Source: a virus (lineage: Duplodnaviria > Caudoviricetes). Taken from it: 27,441 nucleotides of DNA. The stretch lies in the IMG/VR virus record IMGVR_UViG_3300027850_000141, positions 1 through 27,441 of that record; one strand, given 5' to 3'. The first letter of the stretch is position 1. Every line of letters starts with the position of its first letter. Below are positions 17,411 to 25,230 of this stretch, one piece after another. The notes under the pieces are model-generated. The model did no database searches. It was not told where the DNA came from and worked only from the letters and a program-made list of their open reading frames with translations. The translations under genes were made by a program, and so were the position numbers.

Positions 17411-17671
17411 TCAAACTGGCTTGTTTACGTCCCAGTGCGGGGGAGGATTGATATATTTCGTGGTGCCATCCCAGCGGATCGTGATGTTCCATCCCTCATC
17501 ATCATTGACACGGCTAGGGCAATGTTCGACGTTGATGCCGTCTTTCCTGACTGCGAACTCGTATTTTTTGATGTCGTTCGTACCAGAGGAGTCCATAAAC
17601 AGAGCAAGGCTAATGGCGTAATGGTGGCTCCTTTTTAGGAAAAACACTCTAACGGCTGTAAAGAGTTTCAT
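17411..17671 (-). CDS. hypothetical protein
   Basis: TAATG overlap with the thyX stop. Confidence 0.55.
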   Translation of the reverse strand: MKLFTAVRVFFLKRSHHYAISLALFMDSSGTNDIKKYEFAVRKDGINVEHCPSRVNDDEGWNITIRWDGTTKYINPPPHWDVNKPV

Positions 17672-18402
17672 TATGGTGCAAGCCTCGCTTTCCCTAATCT
17701 ATTTTCCTTATACCACTCTGCGATCGCAGGCACCCACTCCTCAAAATGCGGCCACAGTAACTCGCAGAGTTGTTGACATTCTAACTGCGCATCGGCCTTC
17801 GATCTCAGGTCGAACAGGTGCATTAAGGATCGCACGTTTGCAGACATCACCCAGCTTTGGCGAACGTCGAACGGCAAACCGCCCCGCGCGTGTTCTTCGG
17901 AATAGCCATCCTGCATCCGTTCGGCATAGCGGATCGCAGCCTTTAGTGCCCAATCCATATCGTCTGTACGCTGTTTCTCTGTGTACTCATACCGCTTGCC
18001 TTGGCGGTCGGTGTACGCTCCCACGGGGCGCAGATAGGCAAATCTCTCAGGGTCTAGTTCACCATTTGCCACGCTAACGATTCGGGCGCTGGTGTACCTG
18101 AACGATTGCACCGAAAAATGCCAGCCGATGCGGTGGGTGCGGATTTGCTGCATGACGCTATGAGGGAAGTCAACCACGTTAAAGCTGATCTGAGGAGCTT
18201 CCAAGGGGGAATAGTGCCCCCGGTTGCCTTTCAGCAGGTGCTTAACAACATACTCCCCGGCGTTCGCTTCGGTGGGGCGATCGCAGTCCACGGCGGGCTG
18301 ATCAGATACGCACTGATGAGCCGCTAACCATGCTAACTGCTGAGGGTTGGGGGTGCGGGCGATTGTCTCAACCCGGAAAAGGGGATCGATGATTGGTGTC
18401 AT
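17671..18402 (-). CDS. thyX: FAD-dependent thymidylate synthase
   Basis: GHYSPLE, QIRTHR..HFSVQSFRY, EHARG.LP, NVRSLMH..DLR...AQLE. Confidence 0.95.
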   Translation of the reverse strand: MTPIIDPLFRVETIARTPNPQQLAWLAAHQCVSDQPAVDCDRPTEANAGEYVVKHLLKGNRGHYSPLEAPQISFNVVDFPHSVMQQIRTHRIGWHFSVQSFRYTSARIVSVANGELDPERFAYLRPVGAYTDRQGKRYEYTEKQRTDDMDWALKAAIRYAERMQDGYSEEHARGGLPFDVRQSWVMSANVRSLMHLFDLRSKADAQLECQQLCELLWPHFEEWVPAIAEWYKENRLGKARLAP

Positions 18403-18596
18403 TTGTTTTTTAGTTCTGCCAACATTGAGGGTAGCGCCATTTCTACCGCTAGGACGATCGCCGTACTGCGAGGGATGCCCGCCGCCCGTGCGTAGTCTTC
18501 TAGGAGTGCTTTTAGGGAGGTAGGCATTGATACCCCTATCCCTACAGATGGATCAGCCGATCTAATCCCCCTGCCGCCTTTGCTTTTACTCAGCAT
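18399..18596 (-). CDS. ribbon-helix-helix regulator
   Basis: IGVSMPTSLKALLEDYARAAGIPRSTAIVLAVE. Confidence 0.8.
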   Translation of the reverse strand: MLSKSKGGRGIRSADPSVGIGVSMPTSLKALLEDYARAAGIPRSTAIVLAVEMALPSMLAELKNK

Positions 18597-19188
18597 CTTC
18601 TGCCTCTTCTTTTGCCTCTTCTTCCCACTCAGCGATTTCTGCTTTCAGCCATGCAACCGCTTCGTCGCGATCGCACATACCGTCTAGGCAGTCTTCACTT
18701 CCACAACCTTCGTCATCGATGATTTGCTCAGCCGTCTCCCCTTGTTCCCATCGGAACTTAAGTTCGTCTAGGCTTGGCTCAAACCAATCGCAAGCATCCC
18801 AGTAATAGGCGATCCACTCATTCCCGTGAGCTTCGCCGGATAGGACTTCGAGCGATTCCAACGCCTCGTCTGACCAGACTCCGATCTGATTATGACCGTC
18901 CCAATCCGTGCCCTTGTACGAATTTAGAACAAAAGCTAACGTGCCTACCATCTTTAGGAGGTATCTTTCGACAGATGACGGGATCGCCAAACTCCTGACA
19001 GTGAGGACGTGCTGATCGATGCCATTGTAAGCGGTGGCGGGGATCGAACCTCGAGAATGAAATGTGTACAATCGGGCTGATTCTGGATCGAGATAAATCT
19101 GGGTATCATTTTCAAAGTTGAAGCCCTCCTCAACAATGTCTTTGATTGATTCGAGCAGTGTTTCGGTCGCTGTCATTTGTGCTTGCAT
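18586..19188 (-). CDS. very acidic hypothetical protein (200 aa)
   Basis: ATG 19188 after AGGGA. About 46 D/E vs about 12 K/R by hand count. Confidence 0.8.
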   Translation of the reverse strand: MQAQMTATETLLESIKDIVEEGFNFENDTQIYLDPESARLYTFHSRGSIPATAYNGIDQHVLTVRSLAIPSSVERYLLKMVGTLAFVLNSYKGTDWDGHNQIGVWSDEALESLEVLSGEAHGNEWIAYYWDACDWFEPSLDELKFRWEQGETAEQIIDDEGCGSEDCLDGMCDRDEAVAWLKAEIAEWEEEAKEEAEDAE

Positions 19189-19231
19189 TTTTGATTCCCT
19201 TGGCTGGCTTGGCTTTTGTCTCAACACAATG

Positions 19232-19272
19232 AATATAGCAGCTTAACCAAAGTATTGCAAGGGTTTAGCCAA
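19232..19272 (-). promoter_or_regulatory. promoter TTGCAA-17-TATATT (TGn extended) with TTGGYTAA direct repeats
   Basis: -35 at 19255-19260, -10 at 19232-19237. Repeats at 19243-19250 and 19265-19272, 22 bp apart. Confidence 0.75.
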
Positions 19273-19279
19273 GGATCTT

Positions 19280-19591
19280 TTAGGGTTGCTCTTTCCCGCC
19301 CTCCTGAACTAGCCCCTCGTTTGCCAGAAGATAGGCGTGGAGCAGGCTACCACGGATCGCCAGCCACGGCAGTGAATCATCAGAAGCGCTGATCATGCGT
19401 TGGCAGGCGATTAACAGGATCGCCGTTAGCGCCGGGGCTGTTTTGGCGGTCAACTCGGCGAAGACCGCAGGGTATAGGGCGATCGCGGCAGCTAGGTTTT
19501 GCTCTACTGCCGCCGGGTCAGAGATTCCCGGCGCGCCTGCAATTAGGCGGGCGGTTGGGCGAGTGTGGTCGTGGTTGTGGTTGTTGGTCAT
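19280..19591 (-). CDS. hypothetical protein
   Basis: Tightly packed behind 19595..20155. Confidence 0.6.
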   Translation of the reverse strand: MTNNHNHDHTRPTARLIAGAPGISDPAAVEQNLAAAIALYPAVFAELTAKTAPALTAILLIACQRMISASDDSLPWLAIRGSLLHAYLLANEGLVQEGGKEQP

Positions 19592-19594
19592 TAC

Positions 19595-20155
19595 TTAGTT
19601 ACCTGCTTTAGCTTTATCTAACAGCCGATCCCACTCGTCCTGTAAGAACTGCCAAGCCTGCTTACCCCGCTGAGCATCAGCAAGGGCATGATGTTTTAGA
19701 TCCTTATAGACTGGCAACGGAGGATTGCCCAGATCTTGCCACAAGTGTTTGATAGATCTGAAATCCATTGGATCGTCAGGAGGAAGACCCTTCAACGATC
19801 CAATTAACTGGCGAAAAGCCTCCCGAGAACTTTCGGTCTCATAGAACCTCCAGAACTCTGGTATTCCATGAGTCTGGGGGTCACAGAACATACGAACTTC
19901 GTTGGCGATCTCCTTGTGAGTCCTAAGCCCACCGACCCCGCCATCTCGAACCCATGCGTTGAATTCCCGCTTTTCTGGCTGTCTTGACCAGAGTTTGGAA
20001 ACTACGTTTTTTGCTACCCACTCGCCTGCTTTGGACAAATCAGCGCCCGCGTTTTCAAAGTAGAGCTTCCGGCCATCCTCAGCGACAATCCCAACTGAGA
20101 TAAGGGCGATCGTGGAACCGTCTTCAATACATTTGCAGTCGAAAAAATACCGCAT
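19595..20155 (-). CDS. 3'-5' exoribonuclease-like protein (Rv2179c/DUF5051 DEDDh family) with degenerate active site
   Basis: MRYFFDCKCIEDG..I.LISVGIVAEDGR, WVAKNV, PEFW, HHALADA. Confidence 0.8.
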   Translation of the reverse strand: MRYFFDCKCIEDGSTIALISVGIVAEDGRKLYFENAGADLSKAGEWVAKNVVSKLWSRQPEKREFNAWVRDGGVGGLRTHKEIANEVRMFCDPQTHGIPEFWRFYETESSREAFRQLIGSLKGLPPDDPMDFRSIKHLWQDLGNPPLPVYKDLKHHALADAQRGKQAWQFLQDEWDRLLDKAKAGN

Positions 20156-20181
20156 TTAGTTGCCTGTGTAATTGGATCTAC

Positions 20182-20493
20182 CTAAACTTCTTCGATCTCA
20201 AGTATTGATTCCACCGAGAACCCTTGAGATTCCCCGGTGGTTGTCTTGCAACGGATGAACGTTGACGACTCTATATCCGTGATCCCATAGACCGCCGAAA
20301 CCAAGACTTCCCGGGCGGCAGTGCGAACCAATAGGGTTGCGCCGTTATCGCAACTCAGGTTCATAGCCGCATAAAGGGCGTTCAGAATGTCTGAGTATGC
20401 ACGGACGGCGCTTGAATCCGCAGTTTCGTAGTTTGGAATTGCCGCTGTGCAAGAGGCAATTAGGTCGGTGTATTCAGTCTGTTTGGAGGTCAT
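20182..20493 (-). CDS. hypothetical protein
   Basis: 103-aa ORF in the operon direction. Confidence 0.65.
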   Translation of the reverse strand: MTSKQTEYTDLIASCTAAIPNYETADSSAVRAYSDILNALYAAMNLSCDNGATLLVRTAAREVLVSAVYGITDIESSTFIRCKTTTGESQGFSVESILEIEEV

Positions 20494-20520
20494 TTTAGTT
20501 GCCGTTGTAGTTGGATCTGC

Positions 20521-20655
20521 CTAAGACATCGAATAAAGCGCCATCGCTACAAGGACTAAATAGACAATGACTGACAACGGAGTACCGATGACAATTTGAG
20601 CAAGGGTGAAGCAAACCAAGATGACCGTCAACAACTGTCCTACAAATTTCTTCAA
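20521..20655 (-). CDS. 44-aa hydrophobic two-TM peptide (MKKFVGQLLTVILVCFTLAQIVIGTPLSVIVYLVLVAMALYSMS)
   Basis: Hand translation. TTG start with AAGGAAAG RBS, first gene behind the TTGCAT-17-TACAAT promoter. Confidence 0.65.
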   Translation of the reverse strand: MKKFVGQLLTVILVCFTLAQIVIGTPLSVIVYLVLVAMALYSMS

Positions 20656-20668
20656 GATCGACTTTCCT

Positions 20669-20727
20669 TTGCGCTAAGGCAAATTGTGCAATACAATCAT
20701 TGTATGCCAATTGTACGCCAAATGCAA
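20669..20727. promoter_or_regulatory. overlapping opposite-strand promoters with tandem TTGGCRTACAA operator
   Basis: Plus: TTGCGC (20669-20674)-17-TACAAT (20692-20697). Minus: TTGCAT-17-TACAAT across 20699-20727, containing two 11-bp tandem repeats. Confidence 0.7.
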
Positions 20728-20877
20728 AGACAAACAAAACGACTACAGATCAGGATGTCTTCATCCGATTACGCAAAACTTGAGTACTTAGCCAGCGTGC
20801 GAGAGGTCAGCATGGCTCAAGTCCTCAGGGACTACGTTAGGCGACTGCCCAACCCGCCCCCGGATAGCCAAACCTAG
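20704..20877 (+). CDS. ribbon-helix-helix (CopG-like) regulator
   Basis: KRLQIRMSSSDYAKLEYLASVREVSMAQVLRDYV. Start at ATG 20704 or 20722, downstream of the plus-strand promoter. Confidence 0.8.
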   Translation: MPIVRQMQRQTKRLQIRMSSSDYAKLEYLASVREVSMAQVLRDYVRRLPNPPPDSQT

Positions 20878-20897
20878 CCCGCTGCACTCCCCACCGT

Positions 20898-21584
20898 TTA
20901 GGCGACTGGGGAGTTTTTTTGTCCGTCCACCACCCCAGCGATCGCCCTCTGAATAGCTGCCCTTACCCGCCGAAACACAGAGTGAGAATCGCCCCTTCCA
21001 TCAACGCGCTGGATTCGGCGGTCGAAGCGCGATAGCGATTCAAACCCGGCATAAACCAGCGAGTGGAACGCCCTATCCTCAGCATCTATCCTGTTAGCCT
21101 GACCCCGCGCCTCAACCCTCGCTAGGGCATCATCCACGGGCAGATCTAGCCAGAGCGTCAAATCGGGTCTAGGGGCGGCGGTGATCCTGTTCACCTCAAA
21201 CACCACACCAGCGCCCAAACCACGCGCCAGACCTTGATAAACAAGGGTGGAATCTGTGTAGCGATCGCACACCACGATCGCGCCACTAGCCAACGCCGGG
21301 GCGATTATCTCCTCAACGTGTTGGGCACGGGCGGCGGCAAACAGTAGTAATTCTGCGCGGTGGCCTATCTGTGCCCCGTGAAGGCCACCCAAAATAGTGT
21401 TACGTATATTCTCACCTAACGGAGTCCCACCCGGCTCCGTGGTGGCAATAACCGCAGAGTATGGCAACGATGGGGGATGTTCTGGTAGGTCTATCTGCGA
21501 TCGCAGCCAGTTTTCGGCTAGTTTGGCTTGTGTGGTTTTGCCGCAGCCTTCGCCGCCCTCAAAGGTGAGTAGGAATCCATTCAT
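20898..21584 (-). CDS. tmk: thymidylate (dTMP) kinase
   Basis: FEGGEGCGKTTQ, EPGGT, ELLLFAAARAQH, DRYTDST..YQG, PDLT. Confidence 0.95.
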   Translation of the reverse strand: MNGFLLTFEGGEGCGKTTQAKLAENWLRSQIDLPEHPPSLPYSAVIATTEPGGTPLGENIRNTILGGLHGAQIGHRAELLLFAAARAQHVEEIIAPALASGAIVVCDRYTDSTLVYQGLARGLGAGVVFEVNRITAAPRPDLTLWLDLPVDDALARVEARGQANRIDAEDRAFHSLVYAGFESLSRFDRRIQRVDGRGDSHSVFRRVRAAIQRAIAGVVDGQKNSPVA

Positions 21585-21727
21585 GGGGTTGGCTTTGAGG
21601 GTTGGGCAATCCATCGAAGTTCTAGCGAGATTCTGTCAAGACAAACCGGGTGATATTTCAGGTTTGGCCATTCTGGAAAGGATTTGCGATCGCCCGCAAT
21701 CAGTTTGGTGCAATAGGCGCAATTCAT
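21581..21727 (-). CDS. 48-aa zinc-finger protein (MNCAYCTKLIAGDRKSFPEWPNLKYHPVCLDRISLELRWIAQPSKPTP)
   Basis: CxxC...HxxC. TAATG overlap with the dnaB stop and ATGA overlap with the tmk start. Missing from the ORF track. Confidence 0.8.
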   Translation of the reverse strand: MNCAYCTKLIAGDRKSFPEWPNLKYHPVCLDRISLELRWIAQPSKPTP

Positions 21728-23088
21728 TATGGGTTCCTTAGGTTTTTGAACTGTGTGAATTCACCTTCAAACAGCAGCTTGACAGTACCCGTCGCGCCGT
21801 TGCGGTTTTTGGTGATGTTGACTTCTGCGATGCCTCGATCGGGTGTGTCTGGGTTATAGTACTCCTCCCGATACAGCATCATGATCAAGTCCGCATCTTG
21901 CTCAATGCCACCAGAGTTTTTAAGGTCGCTGTTGATTGGTCGCTTGTTAGGTCGTGCTTCTAGACCCCTGTTTAGTTGGCTCAACAACTCAATCGTTGTG
22001 CCAATTTCTCTGGCAAGATTTTTTGTCCGGCGCGTGGTATTGCTGAGCATTTCTGCTAGATTCCCCTCATCGTGACCTCCCATAATTTGCAGATAGTCGA
22101 TCACGATTAGCGCCGGAGTTCCCACGGTAGCCGCTAGGTGTTTCGACTTAGTGGCGATCTCCCCAATCGTTATGCCCGGCGTGTCGTCAACGTAGATCGG
22201 CAGTCCTGCCAGTTTTGCAATACCGTTGCTCAGCAGCCCCCACGTATGGCCATCTCGTGGGCGATCGCCATCAATTATCCTGCCGGGTACTCGTGATTCC
22301 TGTGCCCAGACACGATCAAAGACTTCCCCAGCGTCCATTTCCATCGAAAAGATAAAAACTGGAACATTGTGAGTTTTCGCAATATGGCAAGCGCGGCAGA
22401 CAGCTAGCGCTGACTTCCCCATTCCAGGCCGTCCTGCGGTGATCCACAATTTGCCGGGCTTAACTCCCCCACGGGTCAAGTTGTCGAGGTCGTGGTAGCC
22501 AGTGGATAGCGCTGTGGGCGTTGTTTGCTTGTCTAATGCCTCACAATGCTCAACACGCTCAATTGCGATCTGGTCGAACTTCCTCAAATCAGACTTAACG
22601 CCAGAGTGCAACAACAGCGAATAGACCGCCGCTTCGGCCTTTTGGCTAATCTCTGGCCAAGATCCGGGGTCACTCTGACCCAAATCCTTGAGATCCTGGC
22701 CAATCGCGATTAATCGCCGCCTCAACCATTTGTCAACGATTAGCTCAGCGTAGTAGTCAACGTTTAGCGCCGATACAGCCTCATCCAAAAACCTAGCCAT
22801 CCCTGCCTGTCCACCGACTACCTCAAGCTTTTTTGCCGTGTGCAGCCAATTGCAGACGGACGACAGATCCGTAGGGTTGCCCTGGTCGTGCAGGGTGGCG
22901 ATCGCCCGATAGATCAGCCCGTGCGCACCCGAGTAAAAATACTCAGGCTTGAGGACATCTCGAACACGGGCGATCGCATTGGGGTCTAGGAGCAGTCCGC
23001 CAATCAGTGCAATCTCAACTTCGATACTCTGTGGCTGCGTGGCTTCGTCATCCGGCCTTTGTCTGGGAAATCGGTTTTCAGCAAGCAT
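21727..23088 (-). CDS. dnaB: replicative DNA helicase
   Basis: PQSIEVE N-terminal domain, AGRPGMGKS, IDYLQ, LSQLNR, SGGIEQDAD, KNRNG. Confidence 0.97.
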   Translation of the reverse strand: MLAENRFPRQRPDDEATQPQSIEVEIALIGGLLLDPNAIARVRDVLKPEYFYSGAHGLIYRAIATLHDQGNPTDLSSVCNWLHTAKKLEVVGGQAGMARFLDEAVSALNVDYYAELIVDKWLRRRLIAIGQDLKDLGQSDPGSWPEISQKAEAAVYSLLLHSGVKSDLRKFDQIAIERVEHCEALDKQTTPTALSTGYHDLDNLTRGGVKPGKLWITAGRPGMGKSALAVCRACHIAKTHNVPVFIFSMEMDAGEVFDRVWAQESRVPGRIIDGDRPRDGHTWGLLSNGIAKLAGLPIYVDDTPGITIGEIATKSKHLAATVGTPALIVIDYLQIMGGHDEGNLAEMLSNTTRRTKNLAREIGTTIELLSQLNRGLEARPNKRPINSDLKNSGGIEQDADLIMMLYREEYYNPDTPDRGIAEVNITKNRNGATGTVKLLFEGEFTQFKNLRNP

Positions 23089-24160
23089 GGTCTGGCTCTC
23101 CTACTAGGGTCTTGAGATGATTGAGGTATTCAGCGGCCTGAGTGGTTGTCAGGTCTGCGACGGTTTCCTTCCCGGTTTTCTGAAACCAGTCATCAGGTAG
23201 CGCACCGTTCATTTTTAGGCGGGTCAGTTGCTTGACAATTGCGGTTGTCACGTTGCCCTCGGAGGTTTCTTCAGTGCCTAGAGCCTCTTGAGCCATTAGG
23301 GTTAGCCAGCCAAAGTCACCTCCACGGATCTTGTTTCCTAGGCACCGCTTAACGTCTGCCGATCCGTTTGGCAGTTTGTATTTTGTCAGGTGATTGCTCA
23401 CAACCGCTAGCATCCGATCATCAAAATCGGTGTAGCCAGAGCCATTCATTATCCAAGCCAAGCCATGTTCTAGCAGTTCTGGGTATCTCAGTTTTGGGGA
23501 TGCTGCTCTAGCAGTCCAGTTTGAGTTCATCTTGGCCGCTGATCCTGATCCTCTTGTTTTTTCTGGAGAGAGAGATTCTTGATTTTCTTGATTTTCTGTT
23601 TTTTCTCTTTCTTTCTTTCTCTCTAAATCTTGATTATCTAGATCCGGATCTAGATCCGGATCTAGATCTAATTCTTGATCTAGATCTAGATCTAGATCTG
23701 AGAGGGGGACAATTGGCATTTGTCCCCTTGTCCCCTTTTTGTCCCCGGGGACAAGTGCTTTGTCCCCGGGGGACAAGGTGGGGACAGATGCCTTTTTTTC
23801 ACGCTGTTTTTGCTTCTTCGCCGTGGCTTTTAACCGCTGAGCGACGTAGGCATCGCCCCTTTCAGCGATCGAATGGCAATAGACTATTTTCTCACCCTGC
23901 CAAAGTTGCGAATCAATCAAGCCGATGTCTGAAAAAGTATCTAGGACGCGGTTCAGTGTTCTGTCGTCTGAAAGTTTTAGGTCGTCTGCAATGCTTTCCA
24001 ACCAAAGATCGGTGGCAAGAATCTGAAAATTCCCCTCAGCTTCGTAAAGTTGCTCTAGGACAGCCCACCAGATTGCCACGCCAATCGCCCCGTGGATGCG
24101 GATCACTTTGCGGATCTTGAGATTCCGCAAAGTGTTCGTGTCGTGCTTAAACCAAAGCAT
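23078..24160 (-). CDS. phage replication initiator / replisome organiser (DUF4373-like N-terminus)
   Basis: WFKHD...KIRKV...HGAIG...W..LE.L. Internal iterons, upstream of dnaB, GAGGGGG RBS before ATG 24160. Confidence 0.8.
   Translation of the reverse strand: MLWFKHDTNTLRNLKIRKVIRIHGAIGVAIWWAVLEQLYEAEGNFQILATDLWLESIADDLKLSDDRTLNRVLDTFSDIGLIDSQLWQGEKIVYCHSIAERGDAYVAQRLKATAKKQKQREKKASVPTLSPGDKALVPGDKKGTRGQMPIVPLSDLDLDLDQELDLDPDLDPDLDNQDLERKKEREKTENQENQESLSPEKTRGSGSAAKMNSNWTARAASPKLRYPELLEHGLAWIMNGSGYTDFDDRMLAVVSNHLTKYKLPNGSADVKRCLGNKIRGGDFGWLTLMAQEALGTEETSEGNVTTAIVKQLTRLKMNGALPDDWFQKTGKETVADLTTTQAAEYLNHLKTLVGEPDHAC
23555..23786. other. putative replication origin: TGTCCCC/GGGGACA iterons, GATC array and AT-rich strand-biased tract
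   Basis: Eight heptamer copies at 23705-23786, including palindrome TTGTCCCCGGGGACAA (23739-23754). Nine GATC at 23641-23698. Pyrimidine-rich tract at about 23555-23630. Confidence 0.75.
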
Positions 24161-24545
24161 TGATCGCCCCCTCATCTTGTGTTGTGTGGCGTAGGGCGTT
24201 TTGCACGGCACCCACGCAAAAACTGTAGACCTGTGTTCGGTCTAGTGTTGGCCGTTGCGTTCTAGCGATAAAACCCAGCGCTTCTAGCGATTTGAGGTGG
24301 GTTCTGATAGACTTTTCTGAGCATAGCCCTAGCAGCGCGGCCTCAAACTCCTTTACAGTTCGTGCACCGACTTCGATCCGATCTGGGTTAGACTGGTCTG
24401 AACCATTTTCGATCGCCTCGTTAGCCCAATACTCGAACAGACTGAGGATTGCGGCGGCGGCAAACTTACCTGTAATTTGTTGATAGTCCTGCAAAACCAC
24501 GGCGATACGATTACCAAGGGGATGAAAAATACAAGATTGTTTCAC
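24147..24545 (-). CDS. winged-HTH protein resembling the N-terminus of phage replication proteins
   Basis: AAILSLFEYW...SEKSIRTHLKSLEALGFI...DRTQVY. GTG start at 24545. Confidence 0.7.
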   Translation of the reverse strand: MKQSCIFHPLGNRIAVVLQDYQQITGKFAAAAILSLFEYWANEAIENGSDQSNPDRIEVGARTVKEFEAALLGLCSEKSIRTHLKSLEALGFIARTQRPTLDRTQVYSFCVGAVQNALRHTTQDEGAINALV

Positions 24546-24570
24546 GCTAAAACCTGTTTGTTTACTACCT

Positions 24571-24597
24571 AGGCAGTCGTTCAACTGCCTTTTTTTT
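24571..24597 (+). terminator. plus-strand terminator antisense to the replication operon
   Basis: AGGCAGT-CGTTCA-ACTGCCT-T7. Confidence 0.7.
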
Positions 24598-24610
24598 GTC
24601 TTGAAATATC

Positions 24611-24973
24611 TTACCGCGATCGCCAGTCCAGATACGCTGCAATCACATCGCAGTGGCAAGCCAGCGGAGAACACCAGCACAGCAGAACAGGATCGTGTGC
24701 AGCCTCTAGGGTAGCCAGCGCCTCAATGAATTCTGCGCGTGTTGTCCGTCTGCCGGTGCTAGCGATCGCCAGCCCCATGGCCTCACTGATAGCCCGCGCC
24801 GCCGCTAGAGGCTCCTCACCCTGTAGAATCCGCCACAGGTAGCGCCGGAACCCCTCGATGACCTGAGGGCGATCCGCCTCTGTCTTCATGGCAAACGGGT
24901 TGCCCAGCGCCGAATGGCGATCGCACCGATAGCCTATTACACTGCTTTTTAGGTGCCCGATGGTGGCGGTCAC
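24611..24973 (-). CDS. DUF4326 domain protein
   Basis: DR.S.LGNPF...R..VI..F..YLW...LLCWCSPLACHCDVI. Confidence 0.85.
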   Translation of the reverse strand: MTATIGHLKSSVIGYRCDRHSALGNPFAMKTEADRPQVIEGFRRYLWRILQGEEPLAAARAISEAMGLAIASTGRRTTRAEFIEALATLEAAHDPVLLCWCSPLACHCDVIAAYLDWRSR

Positions 24974-25230
24974 GGGCGATCGCCCGCAACGCTGAGCCTA
25001 AACTCCAAGATTTCCGCTTTGACCTTTTGAGCGTCAAACAGAACAATACAGGTTCCGTAATTGGTTTTACCCAGCGACCGCCCTGCCATGTTGTTGAGCA
25101 AAACGAGGGTCGGCTCAACTAGCTCCACCTTTAGCGACGGCTTCCCCGGCAGTCGGGGAAGATCATTGTCTTCCCATCGGGCGATCGCCGCATCCGTTAG
25201 CCTTTCGAGTTGACCTAGCGTCATGTTCAT
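24970..25230 (-). CDS. hypothetical protein
   Basis: ATGA/GTGA overlaps at both ends. Confidence 0.7.
   Translation of the reverse strand: MNMTLGQLERLTDAAIARWEDNDLPRLPGKPSLKVELVEPTLVLLNNMAGRSLGKTNYGTCIVLFDAQKVKAEILEFRLSVAGDRP

Noticed and set aside
17214-17638. Two 135-aa plus-strand ORFs
   Set aside because: They are antisense to the translationally coupled minus-strand genes after thyX and show no recognisable motifs.
20495-20737. 80-aa minus-strand ORF from the track
   Set aside because: Its start lies upstream of the promoter. The 44-aa ORF in another frame has a proper RBS and a coherent sequence.
17671-21584. thyX plus tmk as a DNA base-modification pathway
   Set aside because: Both look canonical and are common phage nucleotide-supply genes. 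No hydroxymethylase, glycosyltransferase or similar partner is present.
23521-24120. 199-aa plus-strand ORF with DLD repeats
   Set aside because: Antisense shadow of the initiator gene, produced by palindromic TAGATC repeats and the pyrimidine tract.
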